From assembly GCA_977030845.1 (NCBI GenBank), contig OZ365115.1, forward strand, positions 6,696,001-6,760,000: a DNA stretch of 64,000 nucleotides. Reading direction: 5' to 3'. Below the pieces are notes generated by a model that was not told the origin of the DNA, did not search any database, and was given only the letters and a program-made list of their open reading frames with translations. This stretch comes from Fimbriosthenelais zetlandica. Its lineage: Eukaryota. The translations under genes and the position numbers were made by a program. This document shows, piece after piece, positions 14,101 to 24,394 of this stretch (within the stretch, counting starts at the first letter, position 1; the number at the start of each line of letters is the position of its first letter).

Positions 14101-17100
14101 ATCATAGATTTTTTTGATTGTGAAGGGTATGCAGCTCATCAACATCCCAACTGTTCCTTCCAACCAAATAAATGCAAACTAGATATATGCGTTAATCCTT
14201 CATTGAGACAGCAAATATTCATTTTGTGTGTGTGTGTGTCAACAGTCGATATTAAAACATCCCTGACAAGCCTTCTTAACCATTCCCATTTTGCAGATTT
14301 TAAAACATTTTTGCTTCCAATTTTCTGCTTTTTTGAGCTCATCATTGTTTCGGCATAGCAGAACTAGTTAGCATATATTTACCATGATATTTCACCTTGG
14401 GTGTGTACTTGTGAAGTTATAACACTATTGGGCAGGTTGAGTGAGAGTGTTGGCCATCTGAGTGAGTCTTGAATCAGGAAGTGTCAGTGTGGTACATTAT
14501 ATGAGTACAGGTAGGTAGACTGGTGGGAGTACGTGCCCTATCATCTCACACTACATTCAACCATCCATCATCAGATGTCATTAAAACTTAGCTTGGTGTA
14601 ATTTCACTGATTTTATCTAACCCAAAATAGCTTGAAATCATATCTTTTCAATATCAATTTACAGAATGTGGACTTCAACATTCTGATATGATTCTGGGTT
14701 AGAGCAGAGAAGTTATTTCTTCTATAGCCAGGCCTTTTTCTACTCATATGGTCCTACTCGTCCAATGAATCAAGATTTCAAATGTACTGGTAAATAAAGT
14801 GATCGAAAAAAGTGATCGAATTAAAAATATGTTGACCCTTGCTAACTAAAACAAGTATGGTGATAACATTGATGAGTATATCTAACGTAGATAGAGAGAA
14901 ATGTCTGTGATGGGAGTCTGTGAAAAAAAGTACATTCAAAGAAAAGGTACCCAGAACTGGTAGGACCAGCTGTGTGTCCCAGTAGCCTACCACTGAATCG
15001 ACCTCAATTTCCATTAATAACTTCCTTTTCCAGGCCCTTTGATAACAAGGCGAGTATTGTCAGGTTTTTAAGCATGAAGAGTATGGAGTAGAACCTATTT
15101 ATATCATACACCAGAGCCCCACCTGGTGTCTGGGTGTCAAGTCAGCATAATGAGGGATTCAACCCTAGCGACAGTTACCTGACAACCTGCCCTGCCCTTC
15201 ACTGAAGGTCCTGACACACTAAACCGATCACTGGACTAAGGACCTTAACACACATAGCAGACGATCTTACTTAACATATTAAATAGATGATCTGACATAC
15301 GTATTAAACAAATGTTCAGACAAGGTTAAGTTTGGTATCAGGTTATAGCCAATGGTCGCTCCCTGATAGGCCACGTTAGGAATTTACGGAAAATTTCTAT
15401 TTGAAGAAGGATATTAATAGACAGTACGAGATTTGGGACGCACGGTATATTTATAAAGGATAGATAGACCAGTGTAAGTTATGGATTTAAAAAAGCCAAA
15501 CCATTACAGACCACTGAGTATACCTACTAGAGACCTCATCATAAGAGATGGGAAGAAAAGATTAAAAAATCTATACACAAAGGCAGTATAAACAGCTGGG
15601 GACGGAAGATGAGACGAGAGTCTGAATGGAGAAAAGAAGCAGGAATAAAAGGTTAAGGATTAGGAGGAGTGGGAAGGAAAGATGATGGATTGGTAGGAGG
15701 TACACTAGTCCAGGGTACAATGAGAGTGGGTAACGTCCACACCAGAGCAATAAGATGGAAAATCATGTTGAGCAGACCAGTGGAATTTCTAGAAACTTCC
15801 TGCTCTTTTCATAAATTCATCATTAAAAAATCTTTCAGAATGGCTTCACTTTTCCCATTATAATGCCATTAATGGTCTAGATTTTGAAAAGGGACAGGTT
15901 TCCCCACTCACAGTTACGACTGCTCTCTCCCCTAAAAACATGTTTCGTGCAAATAAACAACAAAATACCTTGCACTGGGGATAGTTAAAGTAGAAAATAG
16001 ACTGCTTAGTACACATTTCAGAGGTGATTGTTTAACATTAGGAACGTCTGGTATCGAGAAGAATTTTGGTTTGTTGCTCATCAGTGAACAAATCTTTCAG
16101 ACCACTTCTGTACCCTTTGCTAATGGCTGAGGAAGGTCAAACAAATAATACTGTGGAAATAAGGCCTTAACACTGAAGAACGGTGCATCTACTTTTGTTT
16201 GGAGGATCCATTTGAATAGTAGGCCTATTAAGTAAGGGCAAAAGCATTAATCACTGAGGTCATTTGTCTGTGCCTCAGTCTTAATCTTTTGGGTTGTTAC
16301 TTTTTGTACACTATACATGTGTAGTATCCGAGGTTTGCAGATTGCAAAACGTTTTGGTATCGAGTAAACTTTGTGAATAATAATTTTGATGAAAGACCCC
16401 AATGCCCAAAATCTACACTTCTCCTGAGTGAAAGTAAGTAGAGATTCTCAGGAATACCTGGGACCTCACAAAAAGACCCTGCATGTATACTTTTTACTAT
16501 TATCATGCAGTAAGTGTAATTTACGTTAGTGGTGTGGTCTGGTTCCTGTTCGTTCCCCAGTATCATGTAAGGAGATGTCAGTTTGTAGGGTTATGTGTTT
16601 AATGTCACCTGTAAACTGTTTATGTAATCATCTGTAAGAGAAAGGCCACTAGTATACTTGGGTATCACTCTCCAAGGAGCTGCTCAACTGTACCCAGCCA
16701 CCTGTGGATGAGAGGGGAGAGAGTGGAGGGAGTAGCTACAGAGAGTAGGTGGAGAAAACTAGGCCAGAAAAGGTGGGAATACAACAAGCAGGTCTAGCAT
16801 TCACAAAGCTTGCCCTAAATTCAAACTGAGGGGACAGGTTTATCATTTACCTGCGTTGGATGCCCTACATGTTTATCTGTCTACAGAAAAAGAAAATTCC
16901 CTGGTTGACTATTGATCATCTCCAAATCTAAATAGGTAATTTGGGAATAAATTATTTTTGGGAAAAATCCTTTTCACATTGATTTCTTTTGCAGGGACTC
17001 CTACCCATCATGTCAACAAGGGCCAACTCTGGGGCTTCCCATGGGGGAAGTGTGAAGAGTGGCAAGTCCGCAACATCAAGTCGATCCAAGTCAAGTAAAT

Positions 17101-20100
17101 CTGTGAAGATGTCGCGGACAGTGAGTGCCGCTGGCTCTTCTGCTCAGTCAGAAGCAAGTGCCATCAGTGGTAAAAAGGCCGGCTCAACCAGTGAGGAGGT
17201 GGACGAGAATGGCTTTGTTCATATTGATATGAACAATCAGGGCCTTACTGCTATTGCCAACAACGTATTTGACCGTAAGTATCACAAAGACTTCCTCTTT
17301 CCCTTGTTTTTATTGTTAACCCAATGTAGTTCTGGTAACATAAATCAGTACGTGCAAGAAAACACAATCAAAATGCTCTAGCAGGCCTGAGTCAACAAGG
17401 AGTTACAGAAATGTCTTTTCTTTATAGGTCAGAAGGTCATGACACTGGATCTGGGATGTAACAACCTACGTACAATCCCTCCATCCATCTCCAAACTACA
17501 AACCCTGAGCCGGCTTTGTGTGTCCAAGAACAGCATCCGCTGTAGCAATGCCAACGACTACTCGGGGCTGCCCACAGAGCTGGCCAGTCTCATACACCTA
17601 GAGGATCTGGATGTGTCTGAATGTAACTTCCCACATGTACCACCAGCCATCTGGAGAATCCCCAACCTCAAGTATCTCAACATCAGCCGTAATAAGATCA
17701 ACATGCTGGTGCCTGAAGTTGGCAACCTCATGAAGCTGACAAACCTCAATGCCCAGTCCACCAATATTTCCACTCTGCCACCTGAAATAGCTTTCTGTCA
17801 AGATTTAGAGGTGCTGCTGCTTTTTGGTAATGTGATTGATAGCTTACCAGAAACCCTCAAGGAGCTGCCAGTACTTCACACACTGGCCATCAACTACCAG
17901 AGCTTCTGCTCTATCTTTGACGCCTATGACATGGATGATCTATTAATGAAAGGACAGATTCCATCTGAGCATATCCCGCAGGTGCTCTTTGACATACCCA
18001 GTTTGAGGGCGCTAAACTTTGAGGAAACGAAAATCAACACATTGCCCGAGAAATGTACAGCTCAACTTGAGGAGTTCTATCTACAGCGCAATTTCCTCGC
18101 CAGAGTTCCTACAATGGTCGCTGACATACTGACCTTGAAAGTCATTGACATCTCTGACAACTTCCTGACTAGTCTTCCTGATGAGCTGGGGCAGTTGAGA
18201 TCACTGGAGACTTTCAGGGCAGATAATAACAAGATTGAGAGCATACCTGTGAGTCTAGGCCACATGGTGTCATTAGAACATTTGTCTCTTGGTGGAAACA
18301 AAATAGAGGTGATCCCACATCAGATAGGACACCTTCTCAAATTGAAATCTTTAGTTCTGGACAGGAACAAGATCATGGATATCCCTGAGACTATAGTTAA
18401 GCTTAAGGAACTCTCCACTTTGGATCTGACATCAAATCAGATAACAGCTTTGCCTATTTGTTTCTATAAGATGACCTCATTACTGAGGGCCCATACCTAT
18501 GACAAGCTGAGCAAAACAGGACTCTGGCTGCATCTCAACCCCATCAAAATCCCCCCGGAGGAAATATGGAAAACAGAAGACCCCAAGAAGATCTTCAAGT
18601 ACCTTAAGAAGCTTGAGATCAAGAGAACTGAGCATCTACAGAGGCAGAAGCTGGTTATTCTGGGCGAGGCTGGCTGTGGGAAGACATCCCTGCTCAACAC
18701 AATGATGACAGGAAAGTCGTTTCTCACAAGTGGACAAGAAGCGAGAACTCAGATGGTGGAACATACAAACTGGACAACAGAAAATGATGTCCCATTCATG
18801 GTCCTGGATATGGGAGGCTCCAATGTCTATCAAAGTGTCTACCCGGTCTTCTTGAACCCTACCAGTTTATACTTTTTGGTATACGACCATCGGAGGTACA
18901 CAAGTCAAAACCACTACAGTGCCATAGGTTACTGGTTGAACCTCCTACAGCTCTATTCACCAGGGGCAATTGTCAAAATCATAGGTACTCAAACTGATAA
19001 TATCAGTGACGCAATTAGTGCTCCAGCGCTTGAGATGATCACAAATGAAATAGACAAGCAGTTGGCTGACAATGACAAGAACCTCCAAACTGAGATAGAA
19101 AAGCTAGAGGAGATCCTGAGTAAGGAAAACATTGAGAAACACTCAGTGAAATATCACCATATGAAATTACAGAAACGCAGGATGGAAAAACTGAGGAAGA
19201 TGCCACTAAGAATTCACGGTGATATAGCTTTGGTTAGTTCAGGTGATGGTATTCCAGGAATCTTACAATTGGTAGAGGAGTTAGAATACTTGGCAGTGGA
19301 CAAAAAGCTTAGACCACAGGGTCAGAGGTTCATCCCAGATAACTGGAAGGGCTTCCGTACCAGTCTGAAGCTGGTGAATGATCATTTTATAGAATGGAAG
19401 CAGATGGAGGCAATGGCCAAGAAACATGGCATCAAGGGCAGTGTTTTAGCAGAGTGTATAGATTTCCTGGTTGACTCAGGAGATATCTTATGGTTCAAGA
19501 ACATCCCAGATTTACAAAGAGTAATATTCCAGAATCCACGCAAGCTGGTTGAGATATTGAGTGCTTTACTCAGGAATGATCTTGATACGTTCCTGAGGTA
19601 CCCAGATAATCTTGTTTTCACCAGTAAAGGCCAATTCACAACAGAGAGCTTCATAGAAGCAAAGGAGGCATTAAGAAAATGGGGTCAGATCTCCAGACCC
19701 ATGCTTCAATGTCTCTGGTTCTATCTCAGACTTGATTATGATGACTTTAATTACCTCTGTGATCTCATACCTCGGTTGGATCTTTGTTATTGCATACCTC
19801 AACCAGAGATTCCCTTCAAACAACATGTATTCTATCCACTACTCACTGTGCCTTGGTATGTCACTGACCAGGCGCCTGATGACAAGGACCTACCAATATG
19901 GGATAAGAGCCTACCAAACAACCACATGGAACTGAAAGTGGAATTTATCTTCCCGACACAGTACCCTCAGGGTCTGTTTGAAAGGCTGTCGTGTAGAATA
20001 CACAATTTAGTATCAAATCGCATTGACTGGCAAGATATGATAGTGGCTGTAGTTGAGCAGGGACATGAAGATGAAACAAAAGTCTTGCTACACAGATTCT

Positions 20101-23100
20101 TAGATACCAAGGATTACACACCAGTGATGAGTGTCAAAGCTCGCAGCATGAATCTGATTGCAGCCTCAGATGTAATGAAGGAAATCTGCGGCAATGTTTG
20201 TTATCTTTTACGAGACTATCCTGGCATGATTTGGTATTTCAACTTCACAAAAGTCAATTGCAAAGAAGCATCAGTTGAAAACTGCTTTCCCGAAGGGGCT
20301 TTGCCTTAGCCTTGCCAGCAGCATGATGCGTAATATTATTTTAATTTATGTAGATACAGAAATTAGTTATCTCCTTTGATATGAAATACTAGCATATGTT
20401 GTAACTACTAAAAATTTGTACAGGTGAAGCTGAATAAAGGAATAATAATGGATGACTGCGCACAGCCTGGTCTATTTAATGAGTCTGAATACCATCCCTC
20501 TTCACAGGTGTACACCATTACGTGTATTGTCCCTGCACACATGTTAGTACACTTGGCAAGCAATGATAAACATAACCATTCAGTGTTTTGTAAAGGACTG
20601 TTTGGCTTGGTCGGTGTCAACCCACTGAAGTTAAATGATAGCCTGGTATTTTAGGGAAAAATGTCTTGTTAAAAGTATATATATAATATTATAGTTTATA
20701 GTATGTCCTATATTATGGTATGTCTGTTATGGTCTGCAAATTTGCATAAAATGTCAAAAACATATTTTCACGATAAAGAATGAGTCTCTCTAGCAGTCAC
20801 CAATGTTGCCTTGGAGACTTACCTTCGTCCGACTACAAATATTTTTCTGAATAGTTTGAACATTAACATCCCTGAAATTCTGGAACACACAGATTTCTCA
20901 CTAAATAACTTAAGGTGTCTTACCTGACAGCCGAACGCAAAGAGCCTTTGCGAGCGTACAGGTGAGAAGAAGAGCATAGGAACCACTATCTCAATGAGGA
21001 AGACAGACGCAACGCTTAGCTTCTGGAACCACTCAGGTAATTGGTGGAAATACCAAGACATCGGCGTGGGAATACACTGGAAACATTAGACAATGACTCT
21101 ATTGTAATATCTATTTGATCTTTAAAGATTATGTTAACAACTTACATACATGTAATTATCTTAAACATATTTATTTATTAAAATGAAGATGTTAAAAATT
21201 ATACATGAATATAATATACAAATTATACATGAAAATATTATATTTAAATGAAATATAAACGTACCTGAGTCTCATAATGGTAATTGAGAGCTGTCAGTCC
21301 CCACCATGTGGGACAGTTGCTGGTCAGTTTGACCACTCCTGAGGCGAACATGAGCCTGAAGAGTAGCCACTTGAGTAGCCACATGGTGATGCCGTCGTGG
21401 ATGTGGTGGGAGACGCCGCGCCAACGGAATAAGTTGAGAGGCGCGACTAGGATAGTCAGGAATCCTGTCTCCAGAAGCAAAATGTCCCTACACAATCAAG
21501 AGATAAAGAATAGTGCTATCATCACCTTATAAAATATTATCAATGTGTACTATATCACTGGCTCAGAAAAAAGGTAGTACTTGAAATCATTTAACCTTGA
21601 GAAGTAAAGATAATGCATATACATGTATAAGAAACAAAGACTGATGCTTACCATTGGAACCAGAGAAACGTCTGTCCCACCTAAAATAAAAATAAGATAT
21701 GTAGTATACATTTATGATAGATCATCAATTGAAAAAATTATATGATTTGAGACAAGTCATGCATCTTAGAGATCTGTAAAATGATAAAAGGTAAACGACC
21801 TACCTGGAATAGGGATAGGTAAAAAGCCCAGAGCAATCCAAAAACCAGTGAGTTTCGGAGACCTCTGGTAATCATAGCAGCGAAAGCGAGGATTACCCCG
21901 CCCAGACAGAGAAAGTCCATGCCCGTCACCGTGTCCAGACCCAAGCGGGGCAACAACCGCAACAAAGTGGGCTGGTTAAAGAGCAGGTCACTGAGCGACT
22001 CAGCTTCTGGAGCAAAGAATGAAACCAGGATGAATGAAAACCAAGTCTTCATTTATAATGTAATAATAATAACAGAAAAATTGATATTCTTTCTTGCAAT
22101 ATAGAACCTAGAGATATTATCTATATAATTGGGTTCCATGGAAAATAAATATTTATCTCCAAACCCAGAGGTTAAAAGATATTTTCACAGATTAAAAGTT
22201 GTTTCAAAAGGTTAGTTTTAATTTAGCAAGCAATAAGGAATGAACTTCCCTAAATACAGATTGAGAGGTGGTTACAGGTAGGCTTACCTTTTTGGACGAC
22301 GAGTTTGGCTGGTAGGATGCCATTATCACCGTAAAGTCCTATCAAATTAAAAAAAAAAATTAGAAATCTATCTTTTATGGAAGCAGACGATTCCATCAGC
22401 TGATCGAAATTTGGCTTGCTTCCCAATACACAATTGGAAGCCTGCCAGCATTAGGTTTGTAGCAAGTTATGAAAGGGCATCTAACCTAAGCCAGATTTGT
22501 CAGACAGAATGTCAACTTCCAGTCTGGAGTAAGGAGCCGACGTCTAATTTATGTTTACCGGTACCCGTATACATGTAATTACTATCCTTCAAGAAGTTTT
22601 TCACATGACTGAATACACACAGACACAGTAGCCTCTTGGACTTGACATGTCTTGCAGCAATTTACTACTTTATTATTTTTTCTGAACAAAATTTGCCTCC
22701 CATAGTCATAGGGTCATCTTTCTAATTTACTGGATAGGCCTATAGACGCTTAATTTACCCACAGACTAACCTGGTTTACCTTACAAATCACACTTTAAAA
22801 AATTGTATGTGGTTGATGAAGCCTTTTGGTTTTGCTATTAAATTATGTGTGGCATTGTTATTACAGAATATAGCCTATGTATAGGCTACCGGTACCTAGC
22901 CAGTGTAGCCTGCAGGGAATAAATCAGGCCTATATTAGGCCTAGTCTCAGACCAACGTTATTATAACTAAAGTAATTACTATGTTTGTTCATTTATTGAA
23001 ATCTGACAAAGAATATCATGGCCAGATAGGGTCATGTCCACGACCTGACCATGGGCAGTCCGGGGGAGGCGGGGCAGGTTGTCGGGCATTGACCCCAACA

Positions 23101-23474
23101 CAGTCGGTAGGACCTGTAGGCTGAACACACTGGTACAAGGACGGGAAACCACAGCAAAACAATGAGCCTCTTCCTTGGAAGAGATTGTGTTGCACCGACA
23201 TCCGCCAAGCAAGTGATGTACAGAATTAGCCCTGCACAGGCTATATAAAACATAGCGGAGGGGTCGAGGGAGAAGGAGGAGTTGATGGAACTCAAGAGGG
23301 ATGCTGAGAACAGCTGTAGATGGGGGATGGGGAGGGCAGGAAATCAGCGGGTAGGAGGAGCAAGGAGGCACCCAACCTACCTGGGATCTGCACGAATAAA
23401 GAGCTGAATGCAAAGAGGTAGATGACGGACATGCACCAAAGGAAGAAATCTCGGGTCATCCGTATTTCTCCCAT
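2156..23474 (-). CDS. LMF2: Lipase maturation factor 2 (ER multi-pass membrane protein), 16 coding exons, ~661 aa
   Basis: Phase-consistent GT-AG exons: 23474-23381, 22338-22288, 22006-21804, 21680-21652, 21487-21265, 21076-20924, 8843-8717, 8448-8287, 8124-8019, 7930-7831, 6513-6398, 4491-4367, 4111-3998, 3812-3707, 3069-2958, 2320-2156 (1986 nt, 662 codons). LMF-family motifs: [96 protein letters not shown]. The N-terminus [20 protein letters not shown] is LMF2-type. Confidence 0.95.
11600..11629. promoter_or_regulatory. Tandem RFX X-box-like motifs
   Basis: TACACCATGGCAAC (11600-11613) and GTCGCTATGGGAAC (11616-11629), 2 bp apart. Both resemble the X-box GTTGCCATGGCAAC and lie in a GC-richer patch of LMF2 intron 6. 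Confidence 0.5.
14038..14094 (+). CDS. Candidate upstream coding exon of the nested Roco gene ([19 protein letters not shown])
   Basis: ATG at 14038 with a 57-nt open frame ending AAG|GTAAAC (phase 0). This is in frame with the acceptor TTTTGCAG|GGA at 16995 that leads into MSTRANSG. Confidence 0.4.
14225..14238. repeat. (TG)7 microsatellite
   Basis: Direct reading. Confidence 0.9.
17010..20309 (+). CDS. MFHAS1: LRR-Roc-COR Roco protein, MFHAS1-like (no kinase domain), ~1048 aa, nested antisense in LMF2 intron 6
   Basis: Exons 17010-17274 (GAC C|GTAAGT) and 17428-20309 (TATAG|GT), phase 1/1. Ser/Lys-rich N-terminus, then a long array of LxxLxLxxNxL repeats. Roc domain: P-loop [14 protein letters not shown] and GTQTD, with a charged helical insert as in MFHAS1. 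COR-like segments [25 protein letters not shown] and [19 protein letters not shown] ~120 nt after the stop. The symbol denotes family resemblance; orthology is untested. Confidence 0.88.
20805..20818. promoter_or_regulatory. X-box-like motif downstream of the Roco gene
   Basis: GTTGCCTTGGAGAC; its reverse complement GTCTCCAAGGCAAC is one mismatch from GTCTCCATGGCAAC. Confidence 0.45.
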
Positions 23475-23802
23475 CTTTGGTTTCTCTGTCTGGGAAAAAC
23501 TAAGGATGTAGTGGTCGCCGGAGCAGGTAATCCTACACCGGGAGGGATTGACGTGTCCTTCCTCGCCTTCTGGAGCCCAAGAACACCTCTCGGAAAAAAA
23601 TACTCCAGAATATAGTCCCTCACAAAAACACTGTCTATACAATATTAAAGGATTTGGTTCCTAATACAAGACACACATTATATTAAGCTACTGTTAGTGA
23701 AGTTATATAAACCTTTCTTATTGACTGTCAAAGCAAATTTAATAAATATATACGGAGATGAGTCGCGCAAGGTTACAAAATAGTCGGAGGGGTTCAGGTT
23801 AC

Positions 23803-24081
23803 GTTGCTGATTCGTCGAAAATTATTCCAGGCTAAAGATATCCAAAGTATTATGTTCCCATAATTAAATCTGATTTATTCATATTATTATAGATTCCAAA
23901 TTCTATATTGCAATGTAACCAAAAGAATTATAATATCTTGAATGGAAAAAAATCATGAACAGCGGTGCCTACTATTTTGACCAATCACAGTCAGCTTTCT
24001 ATTCACTGCGAGCCTGAGTCCAATGTTTTGGAAAATGCGCGGGTTTTCCGAAAGCGGTCACAAAAATATCAATAAAAGCAG
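23803..24081. promoter_or_regulatory. Bidirectional promoter shared by LMF2 (-) and NCAPH2 (+), including their short non-coding first exons
   Basis: Minus-strand donor AAC|GTAACC at 23803 with acceptor at 23489 just before the LMF2 ATG. Plus-strand donor CAG|GTATGT at 24081 with acceptor at 24375 before the NCAPH2 ATG. CCAAT boxes at 23981 and 24020; CpG-containing GCGCGGG at ~24038. Confidence 0.65.
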
Positions 24082-24394
24082 GTATGTCTCAAGATATGTA
24101 AATCTAAATTATATCCAGTAATACTAGGGTAGTCTACAGCCATGTAGTGTACTTCTGATATAGTTTGATTAATGTTGGGGCTTGGAAAACCACAATAATC
24201 CCTCATTTGGTTGTGCACGGTGACGGCCTGGCCGTGCTCGGGCGAGGGGTAGCCCGAGGCCGAGGGCCCGGAGGGGTGCTTTGCATTGGTCTAGGTGTGT
24301 ATTGACCTTGTGTCTAGAATGTATGATACTGATTTATGAATTGGAAATAATTTACTTGTCCCTATATTATGTAGGTGAAGCAAGTATTTCCAGT

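Noticed and set aside
17010-20309. Calling the Roco gene LRRK1/LRRK2
   Set aside because: The frame stops after COR; there is no kinase, ankyrin or WD40 region, so it is MFHAS1-type.
22979-23413. Overlapping 61-144-aa ORFs in LMF2 intron 1
   Set aside because: No recognisable domain or splice/start support; they reflect a locally GC-richer intron.
23475-23642. N-terminal extension of LMF2 implied by ORF 23292-23642; likewise 24281-24394 for NCAPH2
   Set aside because: The extensions use non-ATG starts and cross splice acceptors (23489; 24375). Family similarity begins at MGEIR and MAAGD.
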